Below, in pieces: positions 1 to 13,545 of a stretch of DNA of 64,000 bases. Source of the DNA: Balanoglossus misakiensis (taxonomy: Eukaryota > Animalia > Hemichordata); NCBI GenBank assembly GCA_040954595.2, contig CM082589.2, positions 12,040,894-12,104,893 of the forward strand. The letters are read 5' to 3'. Both the position numbers and the translations under genes were made by a program. The notes under the pieces are model-generated. The model was given only the letters and a program-made list of their open reading frames with translations. It searched no databases and was not told the origin of the DNA. Positions within the stretch are counted from its first letter, which is position 1. Each line of letters starts with the position of its first letter.

Positions 1-603
1 AGATACTCACCAACACATGTGTGTAATTAGTGAGTGGTTGCATGACATCAATGCATGACAAAAGCTCATCACTATGTAAGACTCAGAAATAGAATTTGAA
101 TACAAATCTTATTAAACAAAAAAAACTCTAAAATTTACATGTTATTTTAACACCTGTTTACTCCTATAAAAGTGATTGCATGTGTTTGTGAGTTCTCTTC
201 AATCCAGAAGCCATTTTGTAGGCCATAGTTGGTGCATGCAGTTCCTAGACTTAGAAATAAAGTTTGGTTGAACTCAAACGCCTCAAGTCCAGTTGACCAT
301 CTCACACTTCTGGCACTGGTGGGATTCAAACCAACTCCATCAAAATAACTGCAGGTGCCTAAAACCGCTTGACTGTAGGACATAAATGCCTGACAGTGAT
401 ATAACTATATTATAATGTTACATCGACAATATATAAGTTTGGGGATATTTTGTCTCAAATGATCAAATTGAGACAAATTATCCCCATCTTGTTATAAATC
501 TGACCCCAGGTGTCTTTGGTGTGACATTCCAGTAGTCAAGAGTAGGCTTATCTTGAATAATGTAATGCTTGTAAATAATTTCTAATTTCTTCTTACCTTC
601 CAG

Positions 604-726
604 ATATGAATGAATGTCACAGTGGTGGAAATGCATGTCAACACTGTTGTCAGAATACCCATGGTAGTTATCTCTGCGCTTGCAGACCAGGATTCTATCT
701 GCTGGAAGATGGCCATGCATGTGACG
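604..726 (+). CDS. cbEGF exon 1 (open)
   Basis: ttccag|AT ATG AAT GAA TGT...GAC G|gtatgt; 123 bp encoding (D)MNECHSGGNACQHCCQNTHGSYLCACRPGFYLLEDGHACD. Confidence 0.85.
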
Positions 727-743
727 GTATGTAACTGTGGATT

Positions 744-940
744 TTGGTCTCTTCTGTGGCTATATTATTTGGGGATTGTATATTGCTATGGTTACAATCA
801 GCTAAACATTGGTCTCTTCTGTGGCTACATTGTTTGGGGATTGTATATTGCTATGGTTACAATCAGCTAAACATTGGTCTCTTCTGTGGCTACACTGTTT
901 TTGGGGATTGCATATTGCTATGGTTACAATCAGCTAAACA
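744..940. repeat. Minisatellite, 3 x 65 bp
   Basis: Unit ttggtctcttctgtggcta...gttacaatcagctaaaca starts at 744, 809 and 874. Confidence 0.95.
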
Positions 941-1557
941 CACATCCTGTCTATCCATTGCACACATTTTAAAATTTGAAATCAACCGCACACTCGTACT
1001 GAACACATGTTTGTTGAAATTGTATCTTAGAATTTTTCCAATTATAATTATGCATAATATAAACAAATTAACAAATGTGAAAACTTATCTTTGAAAATGT
1101 GTTTGCAAGGGTGAAAAAGTAATCTGTATTTTAAAAATCAGACAAAGTTTTGCTGACAGGGTACACAAGTTTCAGGGGATTTTGGAGAGAGTGTTACAAT
1201 TCCTAGGAAGAGATTGCCAAGGATATTGAGGACTTTGGTGTAAACACAATTAATTGATCAAGAAATATGTGGTTAAGAATATGTGTCATCAACCTCACAC
1301 GACACTATAAGACTGTCTGATATATTCATGTACAAGTATTTTCACTACTTATTTGCATAATTCATTGAAATTAACATAAATTATCAACCTATAGCTAAGT
1401 AAATTACCTCTGCAAAGAATAAATATACACTTAGAAAATTCATATAGTTTTCATCAAATTTTAAAGACATTACAAAATGCTTCTCTGAGGGTACAGTAAT
1501 TTTTAACGGGTATATTCTTGATAACTCATCACCGTGAATGATCATTTCAAAACTTAA

Positions 1558-2352
1558 GATGGGACCCCTTATCTTTTTGCCCGTTGCTATGGGCCTTTAC
1601 AGGACATTACACTCAATTTTGATCGAAACCGTTATAAACGTCCGACAAGGGGCTTGTAACTAGTTAAAAATACGCACGATAGTGTGCACACACTCTGTCC
1701 GAGTATGGTTACGGCAGCTACCGCCCGGCCATAGGCTGCCACGCTAATACGGCAAAGCAGCGGTCAGCGATAGCGTGCGCGTCCCGTAACCACAGTAACT
1801 GGATCGAACGCTAAAAATCCAATGTTTTGTACACAGAGATTTTGCACCGTTCACAAAAATCCCTAAGCCTTTTTTCACAGGCGACGTAGGCCAGCCGAAT
1901 TTGACCTGCTTGTTGAGAACGTACTTCCGCACAGTGTGACAGATCGTTTTTTCAGTTTTCGTCGTGCTAAGAAGCGATACCGGTGGAATAGTGCGTCCAA
2001 AAACACCCAAAATCGATGACTTTTTCAGGTGTGGTACGGGTATGCTGAAATCGTAGGATACAACGATAATATTCGAAAAAAAAATCCGTCACGATCTTCC
2101 CTGGTTCGAGCAACTAATGAATACGTATCAAGTTCGTTTTTTAGGTCACGGAATAAAAAGCCTTAGGCTTTTTGAAATTTGACCTAGCTAAATTGCATAT
2201 CAATGGCGTCAGGGGGCGCGCGCTCACAATCGTGCAGATTTTCAACTTGTTGCCAGCCCCTTGTTAGACTCTGAAAACGGCTTAGTCCAAATCGGGGTGT
2301 AATGTCCTATATAGGCCCATAGCAACGGGCAAAAAGATACGGGGGACCCATC
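1558..2352. mobile_element. ~800 bp TTAA-target MITE (Kolobok-like), copy 1
   Basis: TIR gatgggaccccttatctttttgcccgttgctatgggcc with its inverse at the right end, TTAA on both sides; further copies at 33773 and 35624. Confidence 0.85.
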
Positions 2353-2682
2353 TTAACAAGGCATATGGCTAAAGAGGATTCAGTGTTTGTGCACCTTCTA
2401 TCCACAATGCTGGATCTATTGACAGTTTTCAAAGGGGTTTTTAAGACTCGTCCTTTTATTCAGCACTATTTCATTCCATTGCTTTTTTGGTTTATAGGGA
2501 TTGTCTTTCAGAACTGTTTCTGTTTGTTTGGGGTTTTTAAGTGTAATTTTTATCCTTTAAGCTTTCACTTGTTTTCTAATTTTATTATTTTCTGTAGAAA
2601 ATGCACTGAGATGGATGTGTATTACATTTGTTAGGAAATAAATAATAATAAATTTATTAATAATAACTATCTTTGATTTCAG

Positions 2683-2799
2683 ATGTCAATGAATATATGG
2701 AGAGAGCAGATCTTTGTGGAGGCCAGTGTGTGAATACAGCAGGCTCTTTTTATTGCACTTGTGCTGTGGAATATTGATTGGTCAATGGAGAGTGTACAG
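2683..2799 (+). pseudogene. cbEGF exon 2, disrupted
   Basis: (D)VNEYMERADLCGGQCVNTAGSFYCTCAVEY*LVNGECT: first Cys changed to Tyr, in-frame TGA; splice sites canonical. Confidence 0.85.
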
Positions 2800-4587
2800 G
2801 TAAGATCAACACAATATAGAAATAATGCACAACGCCCTGACCATTAACGTTTGTTTTTGGGCAAGGGCGAGGGGAAAGCCCAAAATTCATGGGCAAGGCT
2901 TCTGAGCCCATGAAATTTGGCTTTCCTAGAGCCCGAGCCCTACATTTATTTCCATTTCATTACCAACAATCTCAAGAAAACCATCAATATTTATGAAAAT
3001 GTCCCACACACAAGACTAGGGGCCCCGGAACTTGTGTTATGCAAAATGTTGTGTTCACTGAACTATTTGCTAATATTACTATTCAGATTTACGGGCATGT
3101 AAACAAACCATTACTGGGTATTTGTGGTCAGTGATGTCGTTCATCTTGACCAATTAAAATGCAACGCACAGACCATGGTAATATAATATATGGGCAACGA
3201 AAGGTCCTATATCTGTAACTTTTGAATTTTTATTCAGTATTATGCTGGTTATCAACCATCATTTCTTGTTCAGCTCGGTGAAGCAGGGTAAGCAATGTTG
3301 TTATTGTTTAAAAATTGTATTCAAGCCTGGGTCTGGACTTGGATGCAATTTGTCAATAATAACAGTGATTGGTAACTGCATGTTTTCATTACTGGCTATC
3401 TGTTAAAGAGACCATTTGCTGTGTGTACAGTACACATGCCATTGGCAGCTTATGGGTCAGCCAGTGTTTGCCTGTTAATCTCTCGTTGTGTATGTGTGTC
3501 TGTACAGTCAGATCGCATGGTACTCATTAACATATGGTAATGAGGGAAAGTACTTCATACCATGTAGCCGTTACCGTGGGCCCCGCTGAAGGGTCGCGAA
3601 ATAGGCCATTTTTTTACGCGACATTATAGAGCTGATTTCAGGTGAGGAGGACTGTGTACAAAATTGAGTATAGACAACTCAGGTTTTAAAGGATTTTCAT
3701 CATTTCCACTGTGTCAACATCACTACATCCTTGCTGTGAGAAAAAGCCATCCTTTGTGTACTTCGTGCTTATCACGGGCAAACAATTTGTTTAAAATCCC
3801 TGATTTTGATATGGTGCAAACATTTCACCAACAAACTAACACACCATTTGCCCTTACTCAAGACAGCCTGATTTGTTTGAAATGTTATAAACATTTGTTG
3901 CTTTAGCGGAAAAAGCAACGTGTAGTATTCAACAAGGCCTAATTATGTCGAGTGATATAGCACTTGCTGAAGAAATTAAAAAATATGTCACAATGCTACA
4001 AAAAGGCTGCAGCTGTGACACCGACTTGGTGAATTTTGCATGCTGGAAAACTGTTGTCTTTTTAGGAGAAGTGCTCCTCAGAAAACACGCCATTCTATTG
4101 TTTGACGTCAGGCAATATTTCAATGATTGTTTAGACGATGAATATCAGACTTTGCGACCCAAGGTCAAGGTACAACCAGTGGAATTCCACAGAAAACCTA
4201 ATAGCTGGCTTATTCAGGAATTTCTATGTGTGTATTATCCAATTCACCTTTCTGTTGTATCAAAAGTGAGTAGAAAGTTCTCCACCTTTTTGTACCGAAC
4301 GGGTTCAGATCTCACTATTGCCCTCCAAAATGCACTTGTCGAACATCCCCAGTATGTTGTGCATACAACAGATAGAGAGGCTTGAAAAGCAAGTATGAGA
4401 CTTGAGTAAAGTTGACGTTGACTTTTTCAAAATGCTTGATTTGGTGGCTGTGAAATTAAATGTCAGCATTTATCAGCAATCTTAAAAATTCAGTAATTAC
4501 TGCAAAACAAACACTGTTGATCTGAGTACACTTGATGTTGAATATATTGTCAGTGAGATTGACCCTGTGTTATGGAATACTATTTTT

Positions 4588-6863
4588 ATATATAATCCCA
4601 TGATATTTTTCTTTGTTTGACGTCATCGTATACGAGTGTTTTCGCAGAGCCGTGCAACTTCGAGCCGTAGGCAAGAAGTTGCTAGACTCCGCGAAAACCA
4701 CGAGTATACGATGACGTTAAATAAAGAAAAATATCATGGGATTATATATTTATCACATGAACAGTCTTCTTATTTTTCGTTAGAAGAGGTAGGATACAAT
4801 ATTCCAATATCCTGCTAAAATATTCGAGCGGCCTTGTAGTTTATTTAGCGGGATTACGTTCTTTCCCCTGCGCAACGATCTGTGGCCCCAACGAGATATG
4901 CTAATTATGGAATCACTTTCATTCATAAAGTGAAATCGACTTTTAAGTTTTTACACTTTTGCGTCTTGTCTACCAATCAGATTCGCGGAGTCAGTCACAT
5001 GGGCCAGAATTTTGATACATTCTGCCTGTCAATCATTGTCTCGCGCTGTGTACATGTCAACACAACATCCTAGCAATTAATCGCGTCGAGTTGCCTGCAA
5101 AGTTATGCTGCAAGTCGCAGTTTGACAGAAAAAATGACGCACTTCACTGTAAAATTTATGAAAAAATAAACACAGTTCCATTGCCATATATCCTAAAACC
5201 GTTATTGTGACAGGATATTAAAAATATTAGTCCAGGAACGATGTTCAAGGTTCAAGGTTGCGTTTGCGTCTGCCTGGCTAGTCAGCGCAGTTGTGCTTCC
5301 GCGGAAATACAACCGTCGCACAGAATCTCAGCCTTGGACCCGAGACAAATAGTGCAGGAGCTAAACCCCACATTTTGGCATAATTGTGCACTTTGGGTTA
5401 AAATCATGAAATTTAGTACAATTATTCATTGACCCATGGCGGACATTTTCCAATATGGATCCCAAAAGACAGCGCCCTCTAGTGGCTAGAAACTGACATT
5501 TACACTTTTCCCCCCATTAATGACTCTTTTTGGGCAAGTTTAACACTCAGAGACAGGAATGTGGGTTGTAAAACATGCTTGCTCCCATACATTCCTTTTA
5601 ATATTATCCTAATCCTGATGTACATGCATCAGATCAATCTTGTATGTTACTAATTGAACGATTTGTTCTTCGAAATAACAACCAGTTCAATACACAAAGT
5701 CATGCAAAGGGGTAATACAACACCTCTTCTCCAGAAAGTCAAGGGTTCTCGAGAATACAGGCAGCATCTAAAGAACATGTGCTGTGAGAAACCTAGCAAA
5801 GCTATATCAAACCAACAGAATCCCAGTGGAAATCAAGTTGGACAACTCTTAGTCAAGCCCAAGAAAAGAGTCAACCTCAGGAAATCAGTGGCCAAAAGTC
5901 ATGCACATGTTTCTGTAGGTGCTTTAGGTCTAGTCTGACAGCAGTGGACATTGTTACTGTGAAGGAAGATGTAATCAAGATTGATCTGATACATGTATAT
6001 CAGGATTAGGATAATATACACATGAATGTATGGTAGCAAGCATGTTTTACAACCCACATTCCTGTTTCAGAGTGTTACAAATGACCAAAAAGTGCCATTA
6101 ATGGGGGGAAAGTGTGAATGTCAGTTTCTGGCCACAAGAGGGCGCTGTCATTTTGGATCCATATCAGAAAATGGCCGCCATGGGTCAATGCATAAGTGTA
6201 CCAAGTTTCAGGCTTTTAACCTGAAGTGCGAGGTTTTTAAGTATGAATGTCTGTTTCTGGCCACTAGAGGGCGCTGTCATTTTGGATCCATATCAGAAAA
6301 TGGCCGCCATGGGTCAATGCATAAGTGTACCAAGTTTCATGCTTTTAACCCAAAGTGCACGATTTTTTTGTTTACTGCCCCACTAAAATGTTTTCGATTC
6401 TCAAACAAATGAATTGCGATGTTTTTTCCACGTCTTATACTTATCGTTGACCATTGGACAGAATACAGAGTGTTAGTCATCCCGCTCAGCTGGAACAAAA
6501 CCATTCTCGTAACTTCCGTAAGCCTAAAATCAAGACAATGTGCTGGCTCGCTCGGGACCAGGCCCGCTAGCTGCAAGCACACATTCATGATCGTAGCGTT
6601 GACGTTTCAAATTCTACCTTTCTCGTATTGATTTTACCCAGCGATATTCTTACGGAACCGTCATGGAACCGTCAGTTTTATATGACTTATGTACAACTAC
6701 GGGTTCATCCACTTGTTTATTCCGTTTCACAAGAAAGTTACAGCGACGGGCGAATCAGTGTAAATAGTTCCGGTTGATGACGTAGAACAGGAGTAAATTC
6801 GGATTTTTTATTCGACCTGTTCTACGTCACACAAGCGGCTATACGGGCCAGTTCATGTGATAA
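4588..6863. mobile_element. Hairpin-capped non-autonomous element, family H1, copy 1 (contains a nested MITE)
   Basis: ~160 bp terminal foldback (4588-4749), then TTATCACATGAAC...GTTCATGTGATAA inverted pair; interrupts the Academ ORF; second copy at 20923-22141. Confidence 0.85.
5350..6385. mobile_element. Non-autonomous Academ-like foldback MITE
   Basis: TAGTG...CACTA ends, 3-bp TSD AAA; absent from the H1 copy at ~21665; long internal inverted arms. Confidence 0.8.
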
Positions 6864-7377
6864 AACGTTGAACAACAGTGAATGCAGTAAATTAAAAAGC
6901 CCCAACTTTGAATGGAATAAACACTACTATGGATTTTATGACCAGCACTCTATGGAGAGTAGAGCACGTTTGTTTTGTGTGTATGCTATTGTTCACTTGT
7001 TCTGATCATTGTACTTACCCATTGCATACTTACCTGGCTGATATTGTTGAAGGTTATAGTAGGTCATCTACTCTAGTGAAAATTCTAAATTGATTTGGTA
7101 TTATTTGTTCTGGAGATACATTGCATAGATACATGTTGGGAGTTATCAACAAAAGAACATCAGCTGATTTCACAGAGGAAAATATTGCAAATAATGCATT
7201 TTGTATAACTTCCATTGACAATATTGATAACTCAGCTAAATATGCAGCTGCTAGAGCTGATCCAAAGGACAGAGGTTTCCACGGTACCTCTTATCAAATG
7301 GTCCAACCAAAACCAAAGTCAATTTTGAACAGTGTTGATGATATCGTTTTTGGCAGTCATGACAAACATTCAACTGT

Positions 7378-7870
7378 CAAAGATTTTAAGCTAATCAACA
7401 TATATGGTGATGGAAGGTGCTTTTTCAGGAGCATCTCTGTGAGAAATGATATTGCATTGCAAAATTGCGATCATCTACCTAGTGGACTCCCTTCTGACCC
7501 AATTTTAGCTGACCGAGAGAAAATATTCGCAGACAAGTTAAGAGCAGATACAGTAGACATAATGCGTGCCAATCATATATACATTGAATAATTGGATGAT
7601 GCACAACTTGATGTCCTGTTAGACGGCGCTCGTTATATGGACATTTTGCACAGGACACAATGTATGGAAAAGGCAGATTAATATGCTGGTATGCCAGAAA
7701 TGTTATCTGTAGTGTATGTTGCAAAATGTCCATTACATATATACACCAAGCAGAATGATATATTTGCAAGAGGTGATGGTGATGTGTTCTCCAAGACTGA
7801 GCCTGTCTGTCTCTTGTACACACCAGACAGGCCAGGTCAACCAGGCCATTATGATTTGCTTCTTAACAGG
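7378..7870 (+). pseudogene. OTU cysteine-protease-like domain inside the Academ transposase
   Basis: Cys box DFKLINIYGDGRCFFRSIS, helix ADKLRADTVDIM, YAGMPEM, His box GQPGHYDLL; a TAA stop at 7589-7591. Confidence 0.8.
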
Positions 7871-8952
7871 CAGTTAATTAAAAGTAAAGATAGTCTGGTG
7901 AGTGAAAATGCACAGAATTCATTTGAACGGTGGCAGGAATTAAACAGTGGCTTTTGTTCACAAAATATAGTAGACTCTGAAATGAATGAAATTTTTGGCA
8001 ATTTGTGGAAATAATACTAAAATCATGGTTGACAGATCTATCTAAAAAAAATACTGGTACAGGTTTGATTGCAAAAGCCCGTACAATTACGGAGAAAAAA
8101 ATCCAATGATACTGTTCATGATGATGTAGTATTTAAACCACCTCTACTGAGACAACATCAACCACGGTCATCAATTTCGCTGTCAGATTTTGACATTAAA
8201 CAAGAAGAAGCCATTGCTTGGTCAGAACTGTTTTCTGACAATTCATTTTTGCTCTACAGAAAAATGCAATGCACAGAGCTGATATAGAAACAGTTTTTGG
8301 GGATTTTAAATCAACATTAGCAACAAATGCTAACAGTAATGACAGTGAATGCTCAAATGTCATTTATTTGGGCATAGCAAGTGAACACGCAGACACCATT
8401 GAAACTGTCCATAACATTATCAATAAGCTGTATATGTTACATTCAGAGTTGGTGTAAGAATAAAATACCTGGTTGTGGTTGGTGATGGGAAAACTTTCCA
8501 TCACCTGATAAAGTTAAAAGACATGTATGGTGCAAATTTAGACTGGTTGCAGCCTTTTATCAGAGACTGGCACACTCTAAAAAATTACCAACCAGTCATC
8601 ATGAAAATATTCTGGGATGCTGGCCTAAAACATCTGGCAGGGTTCAATCATAAAGGGGGAACTTTGAAAACCCTAGTACAGTGTACAAATTTCAAGCTAA
8701 CTCATCGCTTCCTAACACAAATTTGGGAAAGTATGTTTAGATGTGTTGTCAATTCCTTTTTGAATAAGAGGGGTGAAACCCATAATACCCAGCACTTAAA
8801 TACAGAAACAGTCCAAAAATAATTACTAGAAGCTGTCACAAAATCTTTGGAATGTACTGAAGATAAAGCTGATCATATTGACAAAATTAATGGTGACCTT
8901 AAGGCTCAACTTACTCGCTTGCAAGAGGAATTTCAGATTTTTTGTGACAGAA

Positions 8953-9576
8953 CACAGTACGATATTTTACCCACAATTCTCCATGATTTGTATCATCGAA
9001 GGTTGCCCATTTAATAACTTTTTCTGTTTTAGACACTAACAATGATATGAAGTACATATACATCTATTTATGTTTATCTAGGAAAAGTACGTTGAGGAAT
9101 TAGAGTGAAATTCCAAAATCAAAATTTAAAAGCATTAAGAATCAAAGTATTCATGTACTGCAAATGCCACACTTTGGAGGAAACAAGCAATGAGGAAACA
9201 AGCAATGATTGACTGAGGTGGCCAGTCTCTGTTGAAAGTTAACATGTAAATTTCCATTGTTCTGTCAAAAGAAAATATCAATATCGTTTTGTTTGATTAA
9301 ACAGGTGTTTCAAGTGTCCCTGTTTTACTCCAAACTTTTTGGTATGGCTGACTATGCAATTGCTTGATTATTTTATAAAATTCGTATCTTCTCTCTCAAT
9401 AATACATAATTTTCTAAATCATTTGAAATGGTAATTGACAATAAGATTCACCTAAAAAGTAAGATCTCAAAATTTCTATTAGTGGTCTACAATTCTCTCT
9501 ACACTTTGCCTGGTTTGACTGAGTAATCTCTGATTGTACAAATCAGAATGAATTATGGGATATTTCACGTACTGTG
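8953..9576. mobile_element. Transib-like MITE
   Basis: CACAGTACG...CGTACTGTG ends, 5-bp TSD CAGAA; excision restores the Academ frame FCDRSANTDKTFKFW. Confidence 0.85.
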
Positions 9577-10165
9577 CAGAAGTGCAAATACAGACAAAAC
9601 TTTCAAATTTTGGGTTAGATTTATAGAGGAAGATTTGTTTGCATACATGTCTTTGTACATTGCAATAAGGTCAGGAAATTGGAACCTTCGAATATCGGCT
9701 TTGAAAAAAATGAACCAACTGTTCCATGCATATGACCGATCCCTGTACTTGAGGTTAATTCCCAGACACCTTGCTGACCTTCTGAAGATGCCAAACTCTC
9801 TGTTGTGACATTTCAAAGCAGGTGGTTTTGTTTGCAATTTGTCAGGCTCAACTTGGGTTAATGTAGCACTAGATGAAGCCCATGAAATGTGCGTCAATAA
9901 AGATGTTAAAGCTGCATTGCATACTTCTACAGGTGGGTTAATGGAGAGAATAGCAATTTATTTACCCTATAGAGCTATGGCTGCCAAGAATCTAAAAGAT
10001 CAGTTATTTTCTTTCTAAAATGAAACCCATAATTCAGTTAGTGTACATAAAATACATGAGTCAAACTGCAGGTTGTATATCAATTGTCTTGAAGGTGCTG
10101 ATGTATTTTCACCACTTAATACCGCCAGGGAGCTAACTAATATATTTTCAGATGACACAGCAAAG

Positions 10166-11250
10166 AATAGCGTCAAGGACACTGTGGTCCCATTTGAGGA
10201 TTATGCGGAAACAGTGACACACCAGAATAAAAATTACAGGTGACATTGCAAGCAGATATGATCTTACGATATAGAAATATGGAATGTAAAAAAAATTAAC
10301 AAGGAACATGCCCAATAAATTGTCATGTGTCATGACAGTCTTACAAGTAGTGCTAGAAAAAAAATTGACCAAAAATTGCCTGTGCAAACACATATGAGAA
10401 GCAACTTCTTTCAGTCAGCTCAGAAACAGACAGACAGACAGACACACACACTGACCTGCCACTAGTAATAAACAATTTAATAGCCCATGGTCTCTCTAAC
10501 AGCTGGCTTATTGAAGTTATGTAAACATGTCTAAGTTGGGGGTAACAACTCCTTGTAAACAGTAACTTTCAAAACAACTGGACAATTGGTTTAGGAGAAA
10601 AAACTCGCTAAATATTGAATATTTCTGATATCAGAATTGAATAAAAGTTGCACATATACATGTATGTGTTATGAAATTATATCCTAAATTTCAAAGCAAT
10701 CAGAGAAAAAACAAATTTCAAAGCAATCAACAAGCAGTTTCACAAAAAAATATTTGTTCAAAAGTGGCAAAAACACAAAATTGTACAATACCTTACTTCA
10801 ACCACTACAAGGAACATGCTGCCAAAGTTCAATGCAATATGACAAGCAGTTTCAGGAAAACAATTTTTGACAAAAATTGCAAAAGTTTCCCCGATAACAC
10901 ATTTATGAAAATATCACATTTTTTACAACATATTATTTGGGTTACACCTACGAACATGCCTACCAAATTGCAAAGTAATCCGGCATGCGGTTTTACAAAA
11001 AAAAAAAAAATTGACCAAAAATGCCAAATATTGCTCAAAATTATAAATATGCAAATTTTACAACAATTTGAACAAAACTATGGTTACTCAGACAACAATT
11101 GCGAAGCTTCATACTAAATTTAAAAGAAGTAAGCCCATCACTTTCAGAAATGAAGACTTTTTACCAATAACATGGAAAAATACAAACAAATGCATAAAAA
11201 ATAGGAAATCAATAATATTAGCTCAAAACATACATTAATTGTAGGCCAAA
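10166..11250 (-). mobile_element. Helentron-associated (HINE/DINE-like) element, GGTCCCAT family, partial
   Basis: Starts with aatagcgtcaaggacactgtggtcccatt, the reverse complement of the family stem-loop end; interrupts the Academ ORF; right boundary approximate. Confidence 0.6.
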
Positions 11251-13374
11251 CAAGAGAAAACTAGTGAACTTCTTGTCAGCCACATCTTTTAAAATAATTG
11301 TACCGGCTCTGCAAGGTGATCATGTCCTCATTACAGCAGGTGGCTTTGATGGGGAAAATAGGGACAAGAGTCTTTTCGTCGGTAGTAATGGAATTGTGTC
11401 TGAGTGGGAAGCCAAAAGTTGTCATGAAGAAGCTGACAGTAGATGCATCCTTCATGCAGTTCAGTCCTCTTACAAGAAAGGTGTTATTTACCCCCCTGAT
11501 ACCGATACTTATCATGTTCTCCTCCCAGTACTATATCAACATGTTCAAAAGGAGATATTTGTACAACTGGATAATGATTTATCCAATCTCACTTATTTAG
11601 ACATGAATCAATTCAAATCAGATTTAAATTAAGACCCTTATTTGCAACATATTCCCCTCCAATATGTAGGCAAAATATTTCAAACAGTGTTCATATGCAC
11701 AGGTTGTGACTATACTTTGCAGGCATCGGAAAGATATCTTTCTACAAGACATTTTTTCAATACCCTGAGTTTATAACTAGTGGCACCCTTATACCTGGAA
11801 CACTGATAGACACAACAGTAGACAGTGTAGGGAATGGAATTTTCGCTTTCATACGTTTAAAAGGTAGTGTTTATGTTAAGAAACATTTCCAAGCATTTGA
11901 TGCATCTCATCTTTTTGAACTTTATCGACAAGTAGCCAGTGTCACTAACAGTCTTACAGATAACCACATCAAATGGCTTACATATATACGAGAAACAATT
12001 TGGCCACGTATCCAGTATGAGGAAGAATGTATCCCTTCCTTTGAAGCCCTACAACTGCACTGGAAAAGATCATGCTGGGTCTCTCAGTAATGGTCCCAGG
12101 CCGATCAGTGCCATGTTACGTTTCCCTTATTCAATAATTATGGATACAGACTAAGCAACGGCGAACTTGATATTATTTGGGACAGTGATGCCAATTTAGA
12201 AAAAGTGAAAAATAATTTGGAGTTGCTAACAAAAGGGTGTGGCTGCAAAAAGATGCCAACTTGTAATAGCAGTTGTTGTAAATGTTATAAGACCCACAAT
12301 GGTTGTGGCCCTGCGTGTCAAGGCAATGACTCCAGTAATCCACATAATGGGAACCCTGGATTCTGTACCACATCGAAAAAGTATGGGGTATGCCCAAAAT
12401 ATACAGATAAGTCACCACTATTAGAATCACCATCACCAATCACTGATACTGAACATCATAATATGGAAAATAGCATTGATGCAATTTTACAGGAGGAGTC
12501 ACATGACTTTGACATTTTAAGAGAAGAAGAGGGAAATATTTACGAGACTGATTCTGACTTTGACGAACTGACTGATGAATATAACTGGACGGAAGAAAAA
12601 CAAACTGATAATTCAAAGAATGGTGATTGTGATTCCAATGATGGTGACTGTGATGACATTTAATGAATCATCAATGAAATTGATTGGTCTTTTGTGGGTT
12701 GCAGCCCTATTGTGGTTTCAGTCATACCTTTCCAATCGCACCCTGTGTGTATGTGTTAATTTCAGACATGGTTACTGTAACCGTGTTCCAAACAATCACC
12801 ATTTTATCCGCTTGACACTGGGGTAACACAGGGATCAGTTCTTTGTCCTATACTTTTTAATATGTACACTTCTCCATTAGGTGAATTAGTTTCTAGTCAT
12901 GGATGCCTGTACATAGCTTTTATGCAGATGGCTCTTCATTGTCTTTTACCAAGAAGAATGCTCCCAGAATGCTTTCAAATCTAGAACATTGTATTTCCGA
13001 TGTCGGTACTGAATGTCTGAAAATGTCTTGTGATTAAATAACGATAAGACTGAATTTGTTATTTTTTCTGCTACTTCGGGTAATCTATCTGCCAGAGGGA
13101 TTACAGAAATGCATGTGATGCTCTGAAACCTGTTCATTGTCTGACAATGATTGCACAGATCTGCCATTCAGTCGCTTTTCATTTGCAGCATATTGCACTT
13201 GTCTGTAAATATTTATCTCAAGCCGCCACAGAGCAATAAAGTTCCTTCTTTTGTTGCATTTTGAATAGATTCATGTAATTCACTTTTATTTGGGCTCCCT
13301 AAGTACTAGATCAGCCGTATTCAAGTTCAAAATATTGCTGCTAGTTCCAAAATCACCTTTTACATCAATGCAAT

Positions 13375-13545
13375 TTCAGTTGCATTGGTTACCTGTGTCT
13401 GATCGTATTGTTTTCAAGATTTTATTTCTTATTTTTGAATTCATTCATAGACTTGGACCATCATATCTGTCTGATATGATCAAATTGTATGTTCCAAATC
13501 GAAACTTGGAGTCAGCTGATCAGCTCAAACTCTGTCCTGTTCAGC
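13375..13545 (+). mobile_element. CR1/L2-type LINE ORF2 3' fragment
   Basis: LHWLPVSDRIVFKIL...GPSYLSDMIKLYVPNRNL, the typical post-RT C-terminal motif. Confidence 0.8.

Larger units (their letters stand above)
3664..12663 (+). pseudogene. Academ polyprotein remnant: Cys-rich N-terminus, DUF6589-like DDE transposase with inserted OTU, XPG/FEN1-like nuclease, C-terminal Cys8/CXC finger, acidic tail
   Basis: Motifs SIDNID..FHGT, VGDGKTF..LDWLQPFIRDWHTLKNYQ..DAGLKHLA, TFKFWVRF..AIRSGNWNLR, ALDEAHEMCVNKD, HEEADSRCILHA..DTD, TGCDY..GIGK, ALQLHWKR, GCGCKK..C..CCKC. Many stops and frameshifts; coding pieces at about 3664-4587, 6864-8952, 9582-10165 and 11250-12663. Confidence 0.8.

Noticed and set aside
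147-383. Minus-strand 78 aa ORF
   Set aside because: No recognisable motif or convincing splice context.
3565-3600. TAGCCGTTACCGTGGG as the Academ left end, with a partial inverse at ~13917
   Set aside because: No full right TIR or TSD; the 3505/14441 pair has long TIRs and a verifiable TSD.
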